64,000 bases of DNA from positions 1,390,943 to 1,454,942 of the forward strand of contig MU053216.1 of assembly GCA_013239625.1 (NCBI GenBank), given 5' to 3'. This DNA comes from Lama guanicoe (lineage: Eukaryota). How positions within the stretch are numbered: position 1 is the first letter of the stretch; the number at the start of each line of letters is the position of its first letter. The position numbers and the translations under genes are program-made. Below are positions 1-10,800 of the stretch, in pieces. The notes beneath the pieces were generated by a model. That model was not told the origin of the DNA, did no database searches, and was given only the letters and a program-made list of their open reading frames with translations.

Positions 1-850
1 TTCCCACCCCCCGGCAAACCACCGCCCCCACTTCCCCGTAGGGCCCCCCTCCGCTAGGGCGGAAGGCCGTGGGTTAGGGGCTCCATCCCCCCAGCTCACC
101 CGCTGCGCCCCCGGCGCTCCCCCTTACCTGTCCCATGGAGGTCCCGCGCCGCCCGCCAGCCCCCGCGCCCCCCGCGCGCGCCTTGCAGCCTCAGGACCTG
201 CTCGTCCGGGCCAGCTGTCCTCCCCCCGCGGCTCCTCCCGGCCTCCCCTCCCCGGAGGTATTTCATTTAACTTCGGCATTTGCAGCATCCCAAATGTTAA
301 AGATCCCAAGACATCTGTCCCCTGGGGCGTACCAAGGCCCAGAGGAAAGAGGGGAAAGACGCAGGAAGGGCTCGAGATTCCGAGCCCGGAGCCGAGGCGG
401 GGCCGCGCGGCGGGGCGGGGGGGTGCCCGCGGGGGTGGGCGTCCCGCGGGGACCCGGGCGCGGGGCGAGGCCGGCCCCCTCCTCCCGCTGCCGATCGCGC
501 GCGCGGCGGGACACCCCCGCGCCGCCAGTTCCCGCGGCCCGGCGGGGGAGGCTCCTCTCGGGCCGGGGCCGCCTTCCCTCCGCGCGCTGCGGCCGGGCCG
601 GCAGCTTCCGCGCCCGGAGACCCCGGCGGAGTGAAGGGGTTGCGGGGGCGCGGCGCTCACCCCCGCGGGCGCCCCCCGCGCCGCCGCGCCCCCTCCCCCG
701 CGCCGCGGCCCCGCCGTCCCCTGGACTCCCTGCGGCCCCTCCCAGCCTCCTCCGGAGCTGGCGGACCAGGCGGGAGAGGGAGGCGCGCGCTCCAGGGGGT
801 GGCAGGGGGCGCCTCCTGCTGCGGACCGCGCGCCCCGCGCCCCGCCCGTC
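1..850. promoter_or_regulatory. CpG island / INAVA promoter region
   Basis: Extremely GC- and CpG-dense, with multiple GC boxes (GGGCGG) around the INAVA start codon. Confidence 0.85.
128..288 (-). CDS. INAVA: INAVA (C1orf106) first coding exon of the long isoform; rest of gene lies beyond the window's left edge
   Basis: ATG at 288 gives MLQMPKLNEIPPGRGGREEPRGEDSWPGRAGPEAARRARGARGLAGGAGPPWD, matching the recalled human N-terminus MLQMPKLNEIPPGRAGRREARGEGRWPGQTGPEAAR...APWD. Ends at donor AG|GTAAGG. Synteny CAMSAP2-GPR25-INAVA. Confidence 0.88.
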
Positions 851-1414
851 ATTCATTCACTCACCCAACTGAAACGCCGCCCCGCTCTCACTTGTTCAGT
901 AGAGACTGACTGAGCGCCTACTAGTGCCCGGCCTGGCGGCGGATCAAAGTTCAAGGGCCGTGGGGATCCCCGAGCAATCACTCAGCAGCAGTATCAGAGA
1001 AGACAGGCCAACGGGACCCAGGCCGAGAACTGCCCAGAGGAGGCCTTGGCAGGGCGGTGAGGAGGAACCCAACGCAGCAGTGACCGGATGTACAAAGGCC
1101 AAGTGGCGAAGGAGCTCAGGAGGTTCCAGGAGCTGAGGAATGTGGGGCTAGGAGAGGAAGAGTGGTGAGGCTGCAGCGGCCAGCCAGGGGCCGGCAGGAG
1201 GCAGAGCCGCCCTGTGTGGTTGTCCAGGTTGTGCACCAAACTAAGAGGGAAAGCTCACCCGGGCTCCGCCCACCAAGCCGTGTGGATTTCTGCCAGAGCC
1301 ACATGTGCCTAGAGGCAGTGGCTTTTTCCAATTTGTCCAGAGGCGCTGGGTAAGCTAACTTGGCTGAGGAGCCCTGTGGGTTAGCTAAGGATCTAAGATT
1401 TTTATCCTGAAATT

Positions 1415-1846
1415 GAAGAGATGCTCTGGGGAAACAGAACCAGTAGCAGATCCCTCTCTGCTCTGTGTATGTGTGAATGTGTGTGTGTCTACATATATAG
1501 AGAGACAGGAATTGGTTCACCCTATTCAAAAGGCTGACAGGTCCACAGGCTGGAGACCCAGGGAAAAGTTGCAGTCCAAAGGCTGCCTGCTTGTAGAATT
1601 CCATCTTTATCAGAAGTCAGTAGGGTTTTTTTCTTTTATTCAGGTCTTCAACTGATTGGATGTGGCCCACTCACATTCTGGAAGGTTATCTCCTTCACTC
1701 AGAGTCTACTCTTTATTTAAATGTTAATTTCATCATCATCAAAAAAAAAACCTCACAAACAAACCTTCACAGAAACATCTGGAATAACATTTGACCAAAC
1801 ACTGGGTACTATGGCCTAACCAAGTCGACACATTAAATTAACCATC
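1415..1846 (-). mobile_element. MLT2-type ERVL solo LTR
   Basis: Ends in ...ccaagtcgacacattaaattaaccatc, the reverse complement of the MLT2 start TGTGATGGTTAATTTTATGTGTCAACTTGG. Internal 'tcaactgattggatgtggcccactcacatt' is typical of MLT2. Confidence 0.75.
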
Positions 1847-4479
1847 GAATGATGAAGACCGCATCCAGGAACAACTTGGGCAGACTCCACCTTTCGGCCA
1901 CGTGGGTGTGTGAGCTATTGGAGGGGGAGAGCTGAGAAACAGGGGGACCAAGGAGAGACAGTAATCCTGGCCGGCAGTGACAGAGCCTGAATTCACGTGG
2001 CATTCGGGCTGGAGGGGAGGGAGGGGGCAGAGGCATGAAGAGTTATCTGGGAGGAAGACCTGGCCTGGCTCTGAAAGTGACTGAAGACAGGGCAGAGAGG
2101 AAGGGGAGGTGCTTCCTGGGTCTCTGGCTTGAGTCCAGGGTGAGGTGTGTTCACTTTAGGACATGGGTGTCTGGCTGGAGGAAGGGTTTGGGAGTGACAG
2201 CAGAGCTAAGGCTCAGGGACTGGGTGAGGTCACCCAAGAAGGGTGTGCAGAAGGAGATAGGACCAAGAAAGGAACTTCTGGGAACACTTAAGGGGTGGAC
2301 AGAGCATAAAGTACCTTTGAAGGTAAGCATTACTCTTTTTCATGCAATTGAATAATTGACTGAAATATTGATTTCTGTCCCTTCCCCCTCCCACTCACCC
2401 CTACCACTCCTCTGGTTGGGAGGCAGCGGCTTCCTGTAGGCCTCAGCCCAGAGTCCACTGAGACAATGCTGGGGTCAGTCCTGAGGGGCAAGGGCAGGAA
2501 TGTGGTTTTTGAGGGCCTGGAAACAGAGGTGAGGTGGACCAGGAACGGGAGAGAAGATGGTGGGTGCCCTGGGCAGCCAGGACCCCGCACACTTCCTGTG
2601 GCCTCGGGAGGGGCAAGGCCTCAGCAGGGATGGGAGAGGGGAGCAGGGCCCCAGGTTTCGGCCCCAGATTCTGGCATCGCACGTGTCCAGGAGGCAGGAG
2701 CCCTGCCTGCAAGAGACCCCTGGGGGCCAGAGCAACTAGGATGGCAGCCCTAGAGAGAAGCCCTGCTTTCTGGGCCCCCAAGCCTTCCAGAATTCTGCAT
2801 GAGAAAGTAATTTTTTGCCATCCCCGCAGGCCCAGGACAGAAGCAAACCGATTTAAAAGAAAGTAACATGCGTCTTGTGAAACTGAGTTTGTAGGTTGAG
2901 CTTTGTAGCAAGACTGTTATCTTCTTTACAGATAAGGAAACTGAGGCCTGCAGAAGCAAGTAATTGGGATAAAAGCACATAAGCAGGGACTAATGTGGGA
3001 TCGGAAGGTAGACCTTTCCGATTCCACAGCCTTGACCTGTGGCTGAAGCTTCAGACACTTAAAGGGACCAGGCAGGGCAAGTGAAGGCACAAGAGTTCTG
3101 GGGTCTATTCCAGCCCGGTCACGGCAGCCTCTGCCCGGCCTCCGTGTGTGCAGTGCATGGGGTGAGCACGGAGGGGCTGGTGGAGACCATGGCAAATCCT
3201 AAGACTCGGGCTCTGTCTCAAGGGGGCTGTCACTGCAAATGTGGCCACAAGAAAAAGGGTTCTATTTTATTTATTTTTTAATTTTTATTTGTTTATTTTC
3301 TAGGGTGGGGGGCTTCTATTTTAAAAACAAAACCTGGAAATTCAGGTTTTTCATGTGAAATCTGATTGTTACACCTTCGGTTACTTTACTACAAATTCAA
3401 CTGAATCAGGCAAAACATGTCTAGGTCCCTTGGGCTGTCGTGTGAGGTGCTGCTCCAAGTCCGGCAGCCTCACGGAGCCCAGAGCTGGAACTGGCTTGGG
3501 CAGGAGGCCCCAGGCATCTGAAGACACTGGGCTTGGAAGCAGGTGTCCTGGGAGCAGAAGCTGAGTCCCTCTGGGAACTGACTGGCTCACTGCAGAGGGA
3601 ATGGAGGGAGGGTGCAGCTCGGGAGAGACCACCAAGCCCCGGTCTGGTCACCCCCTCTCCTTCCCTTTGGCTGAAGGGCCAGCAGATGGACTTCTGGTGG
3701 CTGGGCAGTGGCCTGTCTGCACGCTGAACACCAGCCCCCCCCAGTGGAGGGGGCTTTCCCTGCCCTGGTCCCTGGGACTCGACTCCTCTGGCCCTGGGGC
3801 CCATTGGAGGGTGAGGCTCCTGGCCCAACCCCTCCCTTCCTCTGCTCCAGGGCAGACGGGCAGAGCGCGGTGATTCTGAGGCCCGACGGTGCCCTGTCGA
3901 TGCCCTCGCCAGCTCTTGGGAAACTCCAGGGTGACTCGAGCGGAGGCCCTGCATCCTCTCCTGACCACATCCTGCGGTGAGGCAGGTGCAGGAGGGGCAC
4001 TGCCCGGGCCTCCGCCTCTGTCGCCAGAACCCTCCCGAGGGCGCAGGCTGGGGCGCAGGCTGGGCCGCAGGCTGGTGAGTAGCTCTGTGAAGTGTGGACA
4101 CCCGATTTGGGGGTCAAGCCAGGGGGCTTCACTCAACCTCTTCTCCGGAGAAGGGCACCCCGACCCTGGGGCCGGACAGGAGTCAGAGCTGCTTGGAGGG
4201 CAGGGCTGACCCGTCACCGGGGCTCAGACTCCTGAGCGTGAGGCAGGAGAGTGCCAGCAACCTCCAGGCCGGCGGTTCTCACTGGTCTCTCTGCAGAGTT
4301 TAGGGTCCCGCCCCGCCCCCTCCCCGCCTAACCTCTTTCTTCTTTTCTTTCTCCTGCCCCTCCTGTCTTCCTCCTCCCCTTCCTCTCCAGCCTCTCCATC
4401 CCGGCAGCAGGGCTGCTGGACGGAGTGCCGCCTGCACGGAGCTCGGCCCCCTTCCCCAGGCCCTGCTCCCCCGCCGCCG

Positions 4480-4493
4480 CCACCAGGGGGCGA
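4480..4493 (+). promoter_or_regulatory. CTCF core motif
   Basis: CCACCAGGGGGCGA is a near-perfect CTCF consensus within a small CpG-rich patch (about 4400-4690). Confidence 0.6.
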
Positions 4494-5149
4494 CAGTGCC
4501 CGGCGGGCCCTCGAGTCTCCACGCGCCGGGAGGGAGAAAGCGGTGAACAGCCAGCGGGTCCTGGGCTCTGGTCCAGCCGGGCTCTGCCTCGCTGCCCGCG
4601 GCTGCTGCGGGGCCTGGACCCCGCCAGCCCGAGCCCCTGTCCCCTTTCTGTCTTCCGTGGGTCTGCGTGTCCAGCCGGCCCCACCGCCCTGGCCTCTCTG
4701 GCTGGTCTCTCTTTTCTTTCTGGACACCCAGTTGGAAACTTTAAGGAAAGGCCGTGAATTGTGTTAAAAATAGTACAACTGCAAAGACAAATGCCTTTTA
4801 AACACCAAAGCAGGGGACGCAGGCGTTTGGGGGTCTTTCCTCTGAGGCGGAGATGAGCATCTAGACCCAGACGACACCCGGGTGCGAGGCAGCTCCAGGC
4901 CCTCCGTGGGGCTGTGGGGTGGAGAATCGCGGGGTTGAGGGGGAGCAGATCCTGGTCCTCAGGACCCTGAGGGCTGAAGACGGGGCAGCTGGCAGGAGAG
5001 ATGGTGGCGGGGGCTGCTCTGGCCAGGCCTGGATTATGGTCAGGACGCCCTTCTTAAAGTCCTGGGCTGGAGGTGCCCTTTAAAATAGCACCTGATCCGC
5101 CTGGGGCCTTGCATGTTGAGTGGCTCAGGCAGAGAATTTAGGAGAGACG

Positions 5150-5277
5150 TTAAGAATATGTGCTTTGGAATCAGACAAACAGCCTCAGTCTCGTCATCTG
5201 TAAAATGGGGGAGACAGGGCCCACGTGTGTGGCTGGGGTGAGGGTACTGGAATCGCACACAGTAAGCTCCCAATAAA
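5150..5277 (+). mobile_element. MIR SINE fragment
   Basis: 'tgctttggaatcagac...agcctcagtctcgtcatctgtaaaatgggg...cacagtaagctcccaataaa' contains the MIR core and 3' end. Confidence 0.65.
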
Positions 5278-7707
5278 AGGTTTTTTTAAAAGGTGTTTTT
5301 TTCCCACAACCCTCATCTTAAAAAAAAAGGTTTTTCTTCTTTCTCATGCCCCAGTTCTCAGGAAAATAATAATATTTCTGCATGATAATTGTATCTTTCA
5401 TGTTCCAAACCTGTGTACTGGCGACCAAGTTTTACTTCCTGTGGTTTTAGCAGCTCGAAGCTTCAAAAGGCCAACCCCCTGCTGTGGCCAGGCCACGGGT
5501 CTGTGTCCTTGGCACCAGGGTAACTGAAAAGAAATTAGTGCCTCATACCCTTGGCGTCTCTTAACCTACTCAGGGTGATGCGAAGGGAACCTGTTTTGGA
5601 GGGAGGCTGGTTTAAATTGAGGTCAGATGCTGTTTAAAGCAGTTGAAATGGCCCATGGACCCAGCTACGTGTGACCCCTTCAGACGTCCCTCAGAGCCCT
5701 CCTGCCCCCCACCCTCGTCCGCGGCCGGGCGACTCACGCAATGCGCTTTCATTTGTTTGTGCGTAAATGCACTCACCAGCGTGTTCTAGGTGCTTTGATC
5801 ACTCTCGGGGGGGAAGTGGGGGAAAAGCCAGCTCCACGGAGCGGCCAGGGGTGACTGTGGTTACTTCTGGGAAGGGGCCTGGGCTCAGGACGGGGGGCAG
5901 AGGGAATGAGAACTTCTGGCCATGAAAACATATTCCGTATATATGTGCAATTTCTGTAATTAAATAGCTTAAAACTTTTTATTATGAAACCTTTCTAACA
6001 GCAGAAGTCAAGTGGAGTGGCGTGGAATCTCGTGCTCCACCACCTAAACGTAGTGATTGTTCGCATGTCCCCGTGTTTCCACAGATGACCTTTTCTTTAG
6101 TGAAATGTTTGAAAGAGGATTCTGGTGACCTGGTGACCTGGTGACCGGTCACGTCTCTGTTGCAGAGTACATCTCTGGAAAAGAGACTGGGCGTTTTTCT
6201 CACATGATCATGTGGCATTCACACCATAACTCTTAATGTCACCTAATACCAAGTCCACTCAAAGTTCCCGGCTCCCCAGCACTGTCTTTCAAAGCTGGTC
6301 TGTTTGTATCTGCGTCCAGTAAGGTCTACACATGGCCTTCTGCTCTCTGAGTGTCTGTGGGTCCCTGCCCTCCACCCCGATTTTTAAAATCATGTCTGTC
6401 ATTTTCAGAAACCAGGTTAGTGGCCTCTTGCAACGTCCTACACTCGGTGTTCCACCCGAGGCCTCCTCGCCGTGCATTTCACTTGCTCCTAACCCTGCAC
6501 TTCCTGGAAGTTAGTTGCAAAGGCTTAGACTAGAGATTCTGGCGTCTGTATTTAGCAAGAACACCTCACAGGTGGTACTGGGCGTTCCACCCCCCTCGCC
6601 TGTGGTGGCTCCTCTGACAGTGATGTGGGGTTAGCGGGGGTTCCGGGTGCTTGCGACCCTCCACCAGCAGGCTGTTCCCCTTTGTCACTGGACGTGACCT
6701 GTGAGGTGACGTGCCACCATCTGGCTGCCGCCCAGCTCCCATCGGCGCCCGCCCCGGGATCTTCAGGTCCGCCCCTCTGACAGACACCCAGGACGGTGGC
6801 CTGGCTCGGTTATTTTATGAGACGTTGCAGCAGGAGACTTTCTATGTCTACTTCAAATAATTTTTTCTCTTAAAAAGCAATAAACTTCATACGATGTGAG
6901 CCACTGCCTTCTTAGTGAGCTGTCTTCCACACCTAGACTGTGAAACATGAAAACCCCCAGAAGACGCCCACACTGCTTTGCTATATTTGACAATAACCTC
7001 CCTGTTTATGCCACATGCTGGGGGGCCCTCGGCGAGCTCTGCTGAGCTGTGCGCCCTGGGTTAGCGTCTGAGAGCACAGGGCGCCTGTGGCTTCTCAGCG
7101 CGGGACCCAGAGAGACAGGCTCGTCAGTGTCCAAAAGCATCCGTGAAGCGGCCTGACGCGTGGCTTCACTTGCAGACCTGAGGTAGTCTGTCCGTCTCTC
7201 TCTGGCCTCCTGCTGGTGGGCCAGCTCGCAGGGAGGGCGGCATGGTTGAGTGTGTGTGTGGACTGTTCTGCTCTGAGCCTTTCATTTTTAACTCGTGGAT
7301 ACATGCTTGCAGCCTTTTGTGTTGTTATTTTTGAGTGAACAGTTTTTACTGAGCCCTCCTGAAAAATTAAAGAGGACCAAATGGTGAGTTTGGGGACCAT
7401 GAAAGAAAATTTCACCTAACTTTAGCATCATTCACAGGAGTGAACAAACCCAAAATTCAAATTCTCATGTTATTGCTACAAGTGACTGTAAATTAGCCCA
7501 TCATTTTATCATAACCTTTCTTTAATCATATGAAGAAAGGAATTTACATGGCATAACAGAAGGTATGCAAAACACAATTCTCTTAAATTTCTGAAACTTA
7601 CTTTTATAGGATGCACTCTAAATGATTAAATGACTTCAGCTGATTTTTTTTATTGCAGACCGTTTTAACATCAGCTTAACCTCCAGGCGTGGTATTCAAA
7701 AAGAACA

Positions 7708-7843
7708 GTTTTGTTTTGCTTTTTGGGGGGAGGGGAGGAGATAATTAGGTTTATTTATTCACCTATGTATTTACTTCAGTGGAGGCACTGGGGACCTCGT
7801 GCCTGCTGAGCACGCGCCCCAGCGCTGAGCGGGCCCTCCTCCC
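7708..7843 (-). mobile_element. Degenerate Vic-1-type tRNA-derived SINE
   Basis: Carries the diagnostic 'taattaggtttattt' tail plus a decayed tRNA-like head (ggacctcgtgcctgctgagcacgcgc). Confidence 0.6.
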
Positions 7844-10800
7844 AGGAACACAGCTTCTGAATTAGAAAGATGACCTCAGTTAAAATGAGAACGTAAGTAC
7901 TGGACTTAGGAAAAGGCTGGGGTTTCTTTTGAAAGGAGCTTGTAGCCATTTGCTGAATGTGTTTCATGAAAGATTTGAAACATTTTCAAAGAGCGATAAA
8001 CTAGGTAAGTCTCCGGAGAACAGGCTGGGCCCCCGACCCCGGGCCCGGGCTCTCTGGGCTGGCGGGGCCGCGTGGGCGGCCCAGCGTCGGGCGCGGGGCG
8101 CAGCGCCTCAGCAGAGCCATCCCGTGGACGGCTCTCCGCCCTGCTCACTGCAGGGAACGCCCTGGGCTCTGCGGGACGCTCCCAGCCCAGATAGACAGAA
8201 CGCCTGGGTCTGCTCATAGCCTGTCACTGAAGGGTCCCATGATGGGCTGACCCTGGAGACCCATGATGTGTAAAAGCGACAGCGTCACAGGACAGAAGGC
8301 TTTGTATGCCTTTTAGTTTCAAGGGAAAAGAACAAGGGAAAGAAAAACACTTCACCCCAACTGGAGGTCCACGTGGCTTTACTCCGTTCTCGATGCCGGT
8401 GAGCCCACAGTCCCCAGCCTTCTCTGTGCGGGGTGGAGGCTCAGGCTGTCGGGGTTGGTCTGGAGCACTGGGAGCCTTTTTAATTTCTGCAGCCCCGTGG
8501 CCTTGCACACTGCCCGGCCCATAGGAAATGCAAAAGAAAAATGCATTGAGACCGTGAAGTTGAGAAAGAAATCCAAAACCAGGGTGGGACTCCATTGCTT
8601 TTAACAACTGTCTTTACTGGTTTTTTTAAACCCCAATAATTACAGCAAACATGAAGCTTAATTTGCCAGACGGTCCCCAGCACGCTGACCCTTTTCTGTT
8701 CCCTTCGTGATGAGGAGCGTTACCCCCGTCTTAGGATGAGGACTGAGAGGTGAGAAGAGGCCAGTACGGCAAGGGCAGTGTGGAGCCGGCTGGGGCTCGA
8801 ACCCCGGGAGCGGCCAGTGTGCGCGCCTCTGGGGCCTGGGTTATCGCTGCTGAGCACTTGGTTGCTCGGTTGCTGGGCTGCTTCCCAAGGGCTTTGTCCC
8901 CAAGCTGCTGCTGTCCCGGGAGAGGGGAGGGCGCTTCATCTCAAAGGGGCGAGGCCACGAGACTTGGCGGTCACACCAGACAGCGAGGACAGGGGCCCAG
9001 AGGAGGCCGGTGGCAGGGGGCTTGGAGCTGGCGTTCAAACCAGCCCTGCACGCAGTGGAAAAGGCGTCCCCTGCACACGTGGATCAGAGCCGGCGCCAGC
9101 ACCTTGACCGTCAGGCGGGCACCTGTGGGTTCCATGTCAGCTTCGCTGAGGCTGCCCCACAGGGGAGCCTTCAGGCGACCCCCTGACCCCTGTGGAGCAG
9201 CATAGACAACGCTTGCAGCGCGTTCTGGGGAAAAAGAATGGAACAGCAGAGCGCCTGGTGATCCCAGCGAGGTAGGAGCAGGGCGGGGAAGGGCTGGGAG
9301 GAGAAGGAAGGAACGTGAAGAGGACTGTCATTTGGGTGGAGGATCCCAAGTTATGGCCTCTGAACAGGACGTCTTCTCTCTTTATGGTGATCACGGTTTC
9401 GGGAAACTCCGAGAAGATTTAAGGCCATAGGTTGTTAGAAACAAAAACAAACAGAAACAGCGCTGAAAAGATGGGAAGAGTTCAGCGAGCCCGGGACCTG
9501 CTCGGGCCATGACGCTGTGGGCTCGGCCCCAGCCCAGGGCGACCTGCTTGTTTTGGGGAGTTTGGGTGAAGGTGAACAGGCCGGCAGTGAGGGGGAGGTG
9601 GGCGGCATGCACCGGAGACAGTCATTTTCAGAGCAGGGTGAGCTGGATTACTCACCCTTGTCTGACACGTCTTCCTGGGGCAAACCACAGCCTCCCAGAC
9701 AGGCAGCTGTCACCTCGGGCCTGCGCCCCCGGCTTCTGCCCATCAAAGCCCAGCACCTCGTCCCCCATCTGCCGGCGGGGCTGCCCGGGGACCCCTGGCG
9801 TGTGTGGGCTTCAGCACCACTTCCCCAGTCCTGGCCTCGACCCCAGCACACCCGGGAAGACCGCCGCTCCCCCTCTCAATCTGACGCCCAAACGTCGTCG
9901 TCTCCTGGGGGCGGTGGGGGCGACCCCGCTTGTGTTTGGGTTCTTCAGAGAGGCAGAGTGGATATGAAGACGTTTACTGTCAGAAAGTGGCCCGCCGCAA
10001 GCTGGGGACGCAGGAGAGTCAGGCGGCTTCCAGTCCCAGTCTGCGTCCCGAGGGAGGAGAATCTGACGCCCCAGCCCAGGCGGTCAGGCGGACAGTGGGC
10101 GCGCTCTCATTCTGCCTTTGTGTGCGTTCAGGCCTTCAGTGGGTGGGTGAGACGGAGGGCAGCCCGCTCTACTCAGTCTTCGGCGCAAAGGTTACTCTCA
10201 TCCCGAAACACCCAGAATAGTATCTGACCAAATGGCCGGGTGCTGGTGCCTCCGTCGAGCTGACTCATGAAAGTAACCATCACACTGCTCTTCTGAGAAC
10301 AAAGTGGGTCGCCGCGCGCAGGGCCGGCAATGGCGGCCTGACCCCGGGCACCCTTGGCCTTAGTGCTAACTGCTGAGAAGCAGGGTAAGCGGGGCGCCAG
10401 CAGACTAGTGGAGGTGGAAGATGGGCTCAGCGGTGGCCCAGGAAGTCCTGCCCCGCGCGTGGGACCCTGGCAGGCCCACAACGTGGGCATTTGAGTCCCC
10501 ATCTGTAAAATGGGGGCAACAACGGAAGTCCTTTAAACATTTTTTTAAAATTTTTTGTCGTTTTTCCCTTAAACGGGGTCACGGGGTTTGGTTCCCATTT
10601 TGGTACAAGGAGGTGGATCACAGAACTGCTTACAAGAGTGAAAAACTGAAGAAAAGGTGAGGGGCTTGGTGAAATAAATGCCGTTACTTTCACATGATGA
10701 GGTGATGTAACCCTGCGGAGGTGTTTTGGAACAAGATCTAATGACACAGTAAAACACGGCACATTGCCAAATGCAGGGGGCAGGCCACAACGCCGTGTAC

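Noticed and set aside
289..852. 188-codon in-frame upstream extension of INAVA from an ATG at 852
   Set aside because: Stop-free frames are expected in an extremely GC-rich CpG island. The ATG lies in an L2-like (AATG)n tail and the peptide is low-complexity with no recognisable homology.
135..872. Long overlapping Pro/Arg/Ala/Gly-rich ORFs on both strands (also around GPR25 and opposite the large CAMSAP2 exon)
   Set aside because: Compositional artefacts of GC-rich DNA, or shadows of real genes.
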